DNA of 37,170 bases from the NCBI GenBank assembly GCA_004524535.1, contig SDNY01000026.1:1-37170 (forward strand), read 5' to 3'. The translations under genes were made by a program, and so were the position numbers. How positions within the stretch are numbered: position 1 is the first letter of the stretch; each line of letters opens with the position of its first letter. The DNA comes from Promethearchaeota archaeon (GTDB lineage Archaea; Asgardarchaeota; Lokiarchaeia; Sigyniarchaeales; SOKP01). Of this stretch, positions 1 through 8,607 are shown piece by piece. A model generated the notes under the pieces. That model worked only from the letters and a program-made list of their open reading frames with translations. It did no database searches and was not told the origin of the DNA.

Positions 1-418
1 AATAGATTTACGTATACTATTTAGTATGCTTATAAATTTAATATTAACCTCATTAAGATCTTTAATATAATAATTGCTTATTAAATATAATATCTTATCC
101 TTTAGGTTTATTAGCTTATGATAAAGAGCAATAAAAAGGATTAACTCCTGCGTCCATATTATATTTTGATATTTAAAGTAATTCTAATTTAATAATTAAA
201 TGTTCTTAATAATAAATAATCAAAGAAACAGTGAAATAAATATATAATAAGGGAAATTGGCTGTATTTTTTTATTCTATAAGCCCAATTTGTTGAGAAGC
301 CTTTTAATTAACAAAGTTATTTTCTTTTGTTTTAAATTTTTAATAAAAATTTGAAAAAAATTTTAAAGAATTTAATAACTCAAGAATTTAAGATTTTCAT
401 TATTTTATATTTTTTAAA

Positions 419-1450
419 ATGAAGGAAATTAATTTCATAACTATAGGTGATAAGAATTTCTTTCCTCTCATTCATTTTTCTATAAAGCAAGTGTTAAAAT
501 TTTATCCCACCTCAAAATTATTTATCTATGATTGGGGCTTTACACCCTCTCAAAAAAAAAAGATTAATACCTATCCAAATACGGTCTTAATCGATTGGAC
601 TGACAAATTAGATAGAGAATATGGCTATAAAACGATAAGAAAACCTTATGCAGGGAAAGTTTCCCGAAGAGTTTATAAAATAAAAAGAGATTATCTCCTT
701 AATCAAAAACCTTTCTGTATGTTGGATTGTGCGAAAAGAATTAAGGAAAATTTAATTTTTTTTGATGGAGATGCTATATTAATAAATCCTATTGATGAAA
801 TATTTGAAAATAATTACGACATAGGTTTAACTATTTCAGCAAAACTTCTTATTGAACGTCAAAATTATAGATGGATATGGAGCGTTAATTCAGGAGTCAT
901 TTTTTTTAAATTAAATTCTAAACCAATGCAAATATTTATTCAAGAATGGATAAATGAAATTAAAACATATAAAGGAGTTTTTATAATGGAACAAACCGCT
1001 TTATTTAATTTGATAACAAAGAGAAATAGAAAAATATTATATAAAGAATATAATATTGGAATAATAAAATTAGCTAATTTAGAATATAGAATTAAAACTT
1101 TTCCTACTAGTATATACAACTACATACAGATTGGGAAATGGTATAATGATAAAGAAGTTAAATTTTTGCATTTTATATTAATGAAACATTATAATCCAAA
1201 AAATCCAAGTAAATCCATCAAAATTAGATATTTTATTCGAGAAATGAAAATACGTTATGCTATTCATCATATTTTAAAATTAATATTGCCAATTCTATCA
1301 TCAAAAATAAAAAATAAAATTAGAGAGAATCTTAAATCTATTTTTAAGTTTAAACTATTAGTAAGACCATTTAATTTTAAATTGATCATATTGATTTTTT
1401 ACTCTATTATTCTAAATATTAAAAAAAAAAAAGCCAAAAAAGTTAATTGA
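419..1450 (+). CDS. GT-A fold glycosyltransferase (nucleotide-diphospho-sugar transferase-like), paralog G1
   Basis: N-terminal FITIGD...IYDWGF, KPFC, DxD motif (FFDGD), NSGVIFF, EQxxLFxL and late FLH are typical of GT-A transferases of the GT77/GT34-like type; basic hydrophobic C-terminal tail. Confidence 0.75.
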   Translation: MKEINFITIGDKNFFPLIHFSIKQVLKFYPTSKLFIYDWGFTPSQKKKINTYPNTVLIDWTDKLDREYGYKTIRKPYAGKVSRRVYKIKRDYLLNQKPFCMLDCAKRIKENLIFFDGDAILINPIDEIFENNYDIGLTISAKLLIERQNYRWIWSVNSGVIFFKLNSKPMQIFIQEWINEIKTYKGVFIMEQTALFNLITKRNRKILYKEYNIGIIKLANLEYRIKTFPTSIYNYIQIGKWYNDKEVKFLHFILMKHYNPKNPSKSIKIRYFIREMKIRYAIHHILKLILPILSSKIKNKIRENLKSIFKFKLLVRPFNFKLIILIFYSIILNIKKKKAKKVN

Positions 1451-1503
1451 ATGCAATCTATTTGTAGAATTGTTATTAATTATTTTAATAAAAGTATAAA
1501 ACT

Positions 1504-2376
1504 TTAAGAGTTGGGTGATTTAGTCTCTCTTATTGCTTTTTTATAAAGATAAAGATCACTATCTAATCCACACGGACAAAACTCAAAAGGACATCGGCTT
1601 ATATTATCATTGAATCTAATTTTTTCATATACATTTCCTATTTTTTTTTTTAAATAAGCACAACCAAATAAATCTCCTTTAGGATCAGCAAAAACAACGT
1701 CATATCCACCATGACAAAAATTACCTTTTTGGTAATACATAGCAATCTGTTTTTTATTTATACCAAAAACCTTAAGTTCTTTCTCAGTGTAGGAAGCAGG
1801 ATAGATTTTACCTTTGTATTTTCCAACGAAGGGCATAAATTCTAATGAAATTCCTTTTTTTTTAAAAAATTTCTTGTATTTTTTAACTTCATTAATAATA
1901 TGAGGATCTGCTACTTCAACTGCTTTTATATTGAATCCATTTTTTTTAAGTTTATGAAAATTACTTATATATTTATCCAACAATTTATGTTTTTCTAATT
2001 CTTTTATATGCAACGATGCATTAATCAGAGATACTCTTTCAGGATTTATCTTCTCGACAAATTCCTTAACTTTTTCAGAGGTTAAATTAGTAAAAATAGA
2101 AACAAAGTGATTTTTTGTTAGTTCACTACACGCTTCAATAATATTTGGAATTAAAAATGGTTCCCCTCCCCCTAAATCTATTTTGAAAATTTTATTTGTT
2201 TCACTAAGAGTTTTTTGGAGAGCAGAAATATCTATTTTTGAGATTTTTTTAGAGATAAGACCTTTATTTATAAGAAAATCCTGAAAACAATAGGAGCAAT
2301 TTAAATTACAATTATATGAAAGAATCCAAACTAATCCAGCATCATAATTTTGATTTTCCTTCGGTAGATCATTCAT
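1504..2376 (-). CDS. Radical SAM protein with C-terminal SPASM/Twitch-like cysteine cluster
   Basis: CNLNCSYC (CxxxCxxC), GGEPF, TNL; C-terminal CHGG...GDLFGC...CPFEFCPC. Confidence 0.85.
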   Translation of the reverse strand: MNDLPKENQNYDAGLVWILSYNCNLNCSYCFQDFLINKGLISKKISKIDISALQKTLSETNKIFKIDLGGGEPFLIPNIIEACSELTKNHFVSIFTNLTSEKVKEFVEKINPERVSLINASLHIKELEKHKLLDKYISNFHKLKKNGFNIKAVEVADPHIINEVKKYKKFFKKKGISLEFMPFVGKYKGKIYPASYTEKELKVFGINKKQIAMYYQKGNFCHGGYDVVFADPKGDLFGCAYLKKKIGNVYEKIRFNDNISRCPFEFCPCGLDSDLYLYKKAIRETKSPNS

Positions 2377-2506
2377 ATAAACATTTGGTAAAATTTAATT
2401 GATAAAATAGCTTATGCTTTAATAGATTGTAGAAATTTTTAAAGTAATACTTAATAAATTTATTATTAATAATATTTAATAACTTACCAATTTGATCTTT
2501 TCTTTA

Positions 2507-3460
2507 ATGAGAGAAATAAATTTCATAACAATCGGAGATAAGAATTTCTTTCCTTTCATTAATGTTTCAATAAAACAAGTATTAAAAATTTATCCAACCT
2601 CAAAATTTTTTATCTATGATTGGGGCTTTACACCCTCTCAAAAAAAAAAAATTAATACTTATTCTAATACGATCTTAATCGACTGGGCTGATAAATTAGA
2701 TAGAGAACATGGGTATAAAAAAATAAAAAAAACGTACTATAGGGATACGCTTATAAAGATTCAAAGAAAAATGGAATATCTCTATAATCAAAAACCGTTT
2801 TGTATATTGGATTGTGCTAAGAGAATTAGAGAAAATTTAATCTTTTTTGATGGTGATGTAATATTAATAAATCCTATTGATGAAATATTTGAAGATAATT
2901 ACGATATAGGTTTAACTGTTCGCTTTCGTAAAAATATTTTGAAAGGGCTTTCCAATTTGAAATGGGGAATTAATTCAGGTGTAATTTTTTTTAAATTAAA
3001 TTCTAAACCAATGCAGATATTTATTCAAGAATGGATAAATGAAATTAATACAAGTGATCTACTTTTAATGGAACAAACTTCTTTGGTTACACTAATAAAA
3101 GATAGAAATAAGGAGATATTTAATAATAATTCTAATTCAGGGATCATAAAAATATCTGATACAGAATTTAAAATTAAAGCTTTTCCTATTCCGATTTACA
3201 ATTTTTATAGAATTATTGAGGGATATAATGATAAAAAAGTAAAAATTTTGCATTTTAACACAATAAAATATTATAATCCAAATTTAAGTAAATCCCTCAT
3301 AATTAGGGACTATATTCGACAAATTAAAATAAGTTATCCTTTTTTTCAAATTTTAAAATTAGTTTCACCAATTCTATCACCAAAAATTTATAGTAAAATT
3401 AGGAGAAGTTTTAAATCTTTTTTAATATATAGGAAAAAAAAAAGGATTTACTCCTTTTAA
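2507..3460 (+). CDS. GT-A fold glycosyltransferase, paralog G2
   Basis: Same motifs as G1 (YDWGF, FFDGD, NSGVIFF, MEQ). ATG at 2507 (MREINF) aligns with the starts of the other paralogs, so it is preferred over the TTG at 2492. Confidence 0.75.
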   Translation: MREINFITIGDKNFFPFINVSIKQVLKIYPTSKFFIYDWGFTPSQKKKINTYSNTILIDWADKLDREHGYKKIKKTYYRDTLIKIQRKMEYLYNQKPFCILDCAKRIRENLIFFDGDVILINPIDEIFEDNYDIGLTVRFRKNILKGLSNLKWGINSGVIFFKLNSKPMQIFIQEWINEINTSDLLLMEQTSLVTLIKDRNKEIFNNNSNSGIIKISDTEFKIKAFPIPIYNFYRIIEGYNDKKVKILHFNTIKYYNPNLSKSLIIRDYIRQIKISYPFFQILKLVSPILSPKIYSKIRRSFKSFLIYRKKKRIYSF

Positions 3461-3493
3461 AATAAAAACAATATGTTCTCATTCAAACATAAG

Positions 3494-3599
3494 CTTAATC
3501 GATTGGACTGGCAAACTAGATAAAGAAATTGGGTACAAATCGATAAGATATACACATGATACGGATAACTGCGTAAGGTTTCTATGAAAAATGCAATAT
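3494..3599 (+). pseudogene. Orphan internal fragment of a glycosyltransferase paralog (covers first variable region)
   Basis: Translates LIDWTGKLDKEIGYKSIRYTHDTDNCVRFL*KMQY, colinear with G3/G4 LIDWTDKLD(K/R)E(N/H)GYKTIRYT(N/H)DMENRVG..RKREY; no start codon; in-frame TGA at 3585-3587. Confidence 0.8.
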
Positions 3600-3619
3600 C
3601 CAATCTTCACCAATCTTCA
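3600..3619 (+). repeat. Perfect 10-bp tandem repeat CCAATCTTCA x2
   Basis: Read directly; sits exactly where homology of the orphan GT fragment ends. Confidence 0.7.
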
Positions 3620-3793
3620 AAAATGTTTATATATTTAATCTTTTTATTCCAAATGATTGGTTTTTCTTTTTGATATATTTTCAAATAATTACCATTCGAT
3701 ATATTTGATTAGAATTTAATTAAACTTAAAATCTAAAATAAATGTAATCCATTATAATAATATGTATTTTACTAAGGATTATTTTTCAAGATC

Positions 3794-4747
3794 ATGGATT
3801 TAATAAATGCCATTAAAGAACATAACACATTATTTGATTTATATTACCTATTAGTAAGAAAATTCGCTAAAACATTTTTGTTCAGAAAAAATTATGGTTT
3901 TTATATCCTTGATGAAGATTGGGATAATTTAATTATTTTAGATGCTTGTAGATACGATATTTTTAGAAAACTCTACTTAAAAAGAAAAATTAAAGGACAA
4001 CTTTTTAAAAAGATATCGAGAGGGGCACATACCATTGAATATCTATTAGAAAATTTTAAGAATAAGAAATATGATGATATCGTATATCTTACGTCCACAC
4101 CGTACGTAAATATGTACTGTAAAAATAATTTTCACAAAATAATCTCAGTTTGGAAATATGGTTGGGACCCACATTTTCTTACTGTTACTCCTGAATCGAT
4201 GTTCGATTATGCTCTGGAAGCCCTTATTAACTATCCTAACAAAAGGTTAATTATCCATTTCATGCAACCCCATTTTCCCTATATAGGTTATTCTATAAAA
4301 GATCTAAGGAGCAATATTAGAGAAAAAATGAAAAAAAAAGTTAATAAGAATGATGGAATATATTTTTTAGACAAAAAATTTAAAAAATCTCTATTTTCAT
4401 TATATACACTAAGGATCTTTGCTTTATTGAAAGATGTGTTTCAAATTAAAGCATATATAAAGAATCTAACATTAGTTCTACCTTTTGTTGAAAAACTTAT
4501 AGAAATCTTACCTGGTAAGACAGCAGTTTCTACAGATCATGGAGAATCTTTTGGAGAAAAAATGCATAATTTATTCCCAATTAAATTTTATGGTCATGAT
4601 ATGAATATTAGAATACCCTCATTAGTTGAAATTCCTTGGCTTTTAGTCAAACCTGAAGAAAAAGATGTTAACTTTAAGAAAGAATTTTTTAAAATTGCGA
4701 TTGAAAGAGAAAAGTTGAAAAAACTAATATCAAAAGTAAAAATATAA
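3794..4747 (+). CDS. Alkaline phosphatase superfamily (sulfatase-like) protein, paralog A1
   Basis: WDNLIILDACRYD, HFMQPHFPY, STDHGE, YGH metal-ligand motifs; Thr in SRGAHT at the likely nucleophile position; no CxPxR. Confidence 0.75.
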   Translation: MDLINAIKEHNTLFDLYYLLVRKFAKTFLFRKNYGFYILDEDWDNLIILDACRYDIFRKLYLKRKIKGQLFKKISRGAHTIEYLLENFKNKKYDDIVYLTSTPYVNMYCKNNFHKIISVWKYGWDPHFLTVTPESMFDYALEALINYPNKRLIIHFMQPHFPYIGYSIKDLRSNIREKMKKKVNKNDGIYFLDKKFKKSLFSLYTLRIFALLKDVFQIKAYIKNLTLVLPFVEKLIEILPGKTAVSTDHGESFGEKMHNLFPIKFYGHDMNIRIPSLVEIPWLLVKPEEKDVNFKKEFFKIAIEREKLKKLISKVKI

Positions 4748-4748
4748 G

Positions 4749-5450
4749 GTGAATTTAATAAATTCTAAGGAAAAAAATCCATATTTCTTTATGGTAAGTT
4801 TACCAAGTTCCGGTTCAACACTTATGGCTTACATTTTAAATTCAAATTCCAAAGTTTATGTTAAGCATGAAGATAATGCTAGGCCAAAATATCTTTCCAA
4901 TTTATATAATCTTCAGTGGAAAATTTCACAAGGATTTCAAAAATATTTAAATTCGTTTTTAATTCAAAAAGAATATTTAGTAACAAGCAGATACAACCAT
5001 AAAAAGCAAATTTTTTTAATTAATAGCGCTTTAGATAAAAAGGCAAAATACATCATTCTGACAAGAAGGTTTATGTGGAGACTTTTTTATAGAATGAAAG
5101 GTTTGCCTTTTATACTCCCTATTAAAAATTTAGTAAGATTCTTTATATGTAAGCATTACGTAATAAATAATTTTGATTATATAAAAGTAAGTTATAATGA
5201 TATGGTCTCAAAACCATTAAAGACTTTTTCAAATATTTGTAAATTCATTGGTGTAGATTTTGAGCCTGAAATGTTAAATTATCAAAAATTTGGGGATAAG
5301 ACGCGAGGTAATCCTAAAGTTTGGAAATATCAAGGAATTATTGATAAATCTGCTAATGAGAGATTAAATATGAAAATGGTTCTTTCCACAATAAAATTTA
5401 GATTATATATTTTTAAAAAAAAAATTTTAGAACATCTAGGTAATGATTGA
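4749..5450 (+). CDS. Sulfotransferase family protein
   Basis: PAPS-binding-loop-like SLPSSGSTLMAYILNS and C-terminal VSYNDMVSKP..TFSNICKFIGVDFEPEML. Confidence 0.7.
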   Translation: MNLINSKEKNPYFFMVSLPSSGSTLMAYILNSNSKVYVKHEDNARPKYLSNLYNLQWKISQGFQKYLNSFLIQKEYLVTSRYNHKKQIFLINSALDKKAKYIILTRRFMWRLFYRMKGLPFILPIKNLVRFFICKHYVINNFDYIKVSYNDMVSKPLKTFSNICKFIGVDFEPEMLNYQKFGDKTRGNPKVWKYQGIIDKSANERLNMKMVLSTIKFRLYIFKKKILEHLGND

Positions 5451-5491
5451 TTAATTAATTTTAAATAGAGTTGGGGAAATATCACTAAAAA

Positions 5492-6490
5492 ATGATTTCC
5501 AAGATCATTCATATTATAAAAAAAATTAAAGCCGCTGACAATCCATTTGATTCATATTATATATTTTTAAGAAAAATAATTAATTTGATCCTCTATAGAA
5601 ATAATAAAGGCTCTAATTTTCTGGATAAAGAGTGGGATAATTTAATTATCTTAGATGGTTGTAGATACGATTTTTTTAAAATCCTACATTTAAAAAGAAA
5701 AGTTAAAGGTACACTTCATAAAATGTTATCTATAGGGACTCATACCATTGAATTCCTTTTAAAAAGTTTTAGAAAAAAAAAATATGATGATATAGTATAT
5801 CTCACTTCCACTCCATATGTCGACATGTATTGTAAAACTAAATTTCATAAGATAATTTCAGTATGGAAGAATGGATGGGATCCTCAATATTTTACCGTTT
5901 TACCAGAAACTATGTATTATTACGCAATTGAATCGCTAATTAATTACCCTAATAAAAGATTGATTATCCACTTTATGCAACCTCATTTTCCCTATATAGG
6001 ATATTCCAGAGATGATTTAAAGGAGAATTTTAAAGAAAATATTAAAAAAAAGATTCAAATAAATAATCCAATAGATTTTTACAATACAAATTTCAAAAAA
6101 AGTCCATTTTCAATATATGCAATTAGGCTATTTCGTTTATTGAAAAATGATTTTCAAATAAAAGGTTATATTAAAAATTTAAAATTAGTAATGCCTTTTG
6201 TAGAAAGACTTATTGAAATATTACCAGGCACCACGATTGTCACTGCAGATCATGGAGAAGCCTTTGGTGATAAAATACATACTCTGCTCCCAATTAAATT
6301 TTACGGACATGATTTTAATATTAGAATTCCTCCATTGGTAAATATCCCTTGGCTTTTAATTAAATCTGAAGAAAAAGATGTTAAAGCTAAAAATGAATTG
6401 ATAAAAATTAAAGTTGAAAGAGGAAAGTTAAATAAAGCTATCAATAAACTATTGATAAAGGATAAATCCCAAAAAAGATCAAAAAATTAA
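5492..6490 (+). CDS. Alkaline phosphatase superfamily (sulfatase-like) protein, paralog A2
   Basis: WDNLIILDGCRYD, HFMQPHFPY, TADHGE, YGH; colinear with 3794..4747. Confidence 0.75.
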   Translation: MISKIIHIIKKIKAADNPFDSYYIFLRKIINLILYRNNKGSNFLDKEWDNLIILDGCRYDFFKILHLKRKVKGTLHKMLSIGTHTIEFLLKSFRKKKYDDIVYLTSTPYVDMYCKTKFHKIISVWKNGWDPQYFTVLPETMYYYAIESLINYPNKRLIIHFMQPHFPYIGYSRDDLKENFKENIKKKIQINNPIDFYNTNFKKSPFSIYAIRLFRLLKNDFQIKGYIKNLKLVMPFVERLIEILPGTTIVTADHGEAFGDKIHTLLPIKFYGHDFNIRIPPLVNIPWLLIKSEEKDVKAKNELIKIKVERGKLNKAINKLLIKDKSQKRSKN

Positions 6491-6555
6491 CAATAATGCC
6501 AAAGAATTCAATTAATGGCTTTTCTTATCCAGTTTCTACTTATGTTTAAAAAAAT

Positions 6556-7368
6556 CTAAGGTTTTATTAAAAATTCATAAGCCCTTTCAAGAGTTATAGC
6601 ATTTAAGGGAAAAAAATTTTGATAATTCAACTTTTTTAATAAATTAAAGCATTTATGTTTTAATTCCTTTGAATGAGTTGATAAAAGAATTATTGGTTTG
6701 TATTTTAGAAGAAAATTTTTTCCTCCTTTAAGCACCAAATATTCTGCACCCTCAACATCTATTTTAATAATTCTTGGAGATACATTGGATTTTTCAATAA
6801 ATTCATCTAAAGAAATAGTTAAGGTAAGATAATTTCCTTTGTCTACTAGTTTAAAGCTTGCTTCTTTTTTTGGTGTATCCATCCATTTAATTTCTTTTGA
6901 ATTTGAAATAGCACATGGTACGATTAAAACATTTTTTATCTTATTTAATTGAATAGTCTCGTATAAATATTTAATATTGCGAGGTATTGGTTCAAATGCA
7001 TATACAAACTTTGAATATTTAGCAAAAAGAAGGGTATATAAACCAACATTCGCACCAATATCAAAACATATTATCTTTTTATTCATAAATTTTAATGCTG
7101 CATTCACAATTTCTGGTTCACATGAGTTAAATATAACAGATAATCCTTTACCAGATCCAGGATAAGCACCTGCAATCCATTTAAACTTCCGTAATGGACC
7201 TTTTAAGACAGGAACCGGAGTACCAGACGGTATAAATCTAATAACTAACAATACCAATTTAGATAAAAAATATTTTACCCCCATTATAAGATAATTTAAT
7301 CTCAAATTTTTATATTTTTTAGAACTTTTACGTTTTAACCATGTTTTTCTAAAATCTATATCAGTCAA
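6556..7368 (-). CDS. FkbM family SAM-dependent methyltransferase
   Basis: FDIGANVGLYT, AFEPIPRN, IKIDVEGAE; start may be TTG 7368 or ATG 7284. Confidence 0.9.
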   Translation of the reverse strand: MTDIDFRKTWLKRKSSKKYKNLRLNYLIMGVKYFLSKLVLLVIRFIPSGTPVPVLKGPLRKFKWIAGAYPGSGKGLSVIFNSCEPEIVNAALKFMNKKIICFDIGANVGLYTLLFAKYSKFVYAFEPIPRNIKYLYETIQLNKIKNVLIVPCAISNSKEIKWMDTPKKEASFKLVDKGNYLTLTISLDEFIEKSNVSPRIIKIDVEGAEYLVLKGGKNFLLKYKPIILLSTHSKELKHKCFNLLKKLNYQNFFPLNAITLERAYEFLIKP

Positions 7369-7455
7369 ATTGAAACATAAAATTTTTATTTCGATTAATT
7401 TAATATTTTAATAACATTGAAAATAAAAGATTTTTGATTATTTTACGCATCTTAA

Positions 7456-8451
7456 ATGAATGAAATCAATTTTATAACAATTGGAGATAAAGATTTTTTT
7501 CCTCTCATTCATTTTTCCATAAAGCAAGTGTTAAAATTTTACCCAACATCAAAATTATTTATCTATGATTGGGGCTTTACACTATATCAAAAAAAAAAAA
7601 TTAGTACTTTTCCTAATACAATCTTAATCGATTGGACTGACAAACTAGATAAAGAAAATGGTTACAAAACGATAAGATATACTAATGATATGGAAAACCG
7701 CGTAGGGATTTCAAGAAAAAGGGAATATTTCCTTAATCAAAAACCGTTTTGTATGTTGGATTGTGCTAAGAGAATTAAAGAAAATTTAATCTTTTTTGAT
7801 GGAGACGCTATATTAATAAATCCTATTGATGAAATATTGGAAGATAATTACGACATTGGTTTAACTGTTAATGTAGAATTTGCAGCTAAACATAAACATA
7901 ATTCTATAGGGCCTCGTAGTTGGATAAAGGGAATTAATTCAGGTATTATTTTTTTTAAATTAAATTCTAAACCAATGCAAATATTTATTCAAGAATGGAT
8001 AAATGAAATTAAAACGTATAAAGGAGTTATTATGATAGAACAAAACTCTTTATTTAATATAATAGTCAAGAGAAATAGAGAAATATTATATAAGGAGTAC
8101 AATATTGGAATAATAAAATTAGCTAATTTAGAATATAGGATCAAGATTTTTCCTACCAGACTTTACAACTATCTGCAGATTGGAGTACGCTATAATGATA
8201 AAAAAGTTAAATTTTTACATCTTGTATCAATGAGACGTCATTATCCAAAAAATCTAAGTAAATCCCTCATAATTAGAGACTATATTCGAGAAATGAAAAT
8301 ACGTATGGCTTTTAATCACTTTTTAAGAGCATTTTCATTAATTCTATTACCAAAAATTAAGAAAAAAATTATAGTAAGCTTTAATAAATTTTTGATATAT
8401 AGGAAAAAAAAGAAAAAAAAAAGGAATTACTCCTTCTCAAAGAAAATTTAA
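7456..8451 (+). CDS. GT-A fold glycosyltransferase, paralog G3
   Basis: YDWGF, KPFC, FFDGD, NSGIIFF, IEQ, FLH. Confidence 0.75.
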   Translation: MNEINFITIGDKDFFPLIHFSIKQVLKFYPTSKLFIYDWGFTLYQKKKISTFPNTILIDWTDKLDKENGYKTIRYTNDMENRVGISRKREYFLNQKPFCMLDCAKRIKENLIFFDGDAILINPIDEILEDNYDIGLTVNVEFAAKHKHNSIGPRSWIKGINSGIIFFKLNSKPMQIFIQEWINEIKTYKGVIMIEQNSLFNIIVKRNREILYKEYNIGIIKLANLEYRIKIFPTRLYNYLQIGVRYNDKKVKFLHLVSMRRHYPKNLSKSLIIRDYIREMKIRMAFNHFLRAFSLILLPKIKKKIIVSFNKFLIYRKKKKKKRNYSFSKKI

Positions 8452-8520
8452 TCCAAAATTATTAGATTTTTTTGAACTTTTACTTTTTAACCATTTTTTT
8501 CTAAAATCTATAGCAGTCAA
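8445..8520 (-). pseudogene. Remnant of the 5' end of the FkbM ORF carried by the tandem duplication
   Basis: Minus strand reads MTAIDFRKKWLKSKSSKKSNNFGLN versus MTDIDFRKTWLKRKSSKKYKNLRLN of 6556..7368, then stops. Confidence 0.65.
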
Positions 8521-8607
8521 ATTGAAACATAAAATTTTTATTTCGATTAAGTTAATATTTTAATAACCTTGAAAATATAAGATTTTTGATTATTTTACGC
8601 ATCTTAA

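Noticed and set aside
1-183. Stop-free minus-strand frame (183 to 1) and a short plus-strand frame ending at TAA 68-70
   Set aside because: No ATG/GTG/TTG start or motif in the minus frame; the plus frame may be the tail of an upstream gene but is too short to support
3494-3599. Diversity-generating retroelement template repeat for the GT variable region
   Set aside because: Differences from G3/G4 include T>G, T>C, C>T, G>A and G>C, so they are not adenine-specific, and there is no reverse transcriptase in the window
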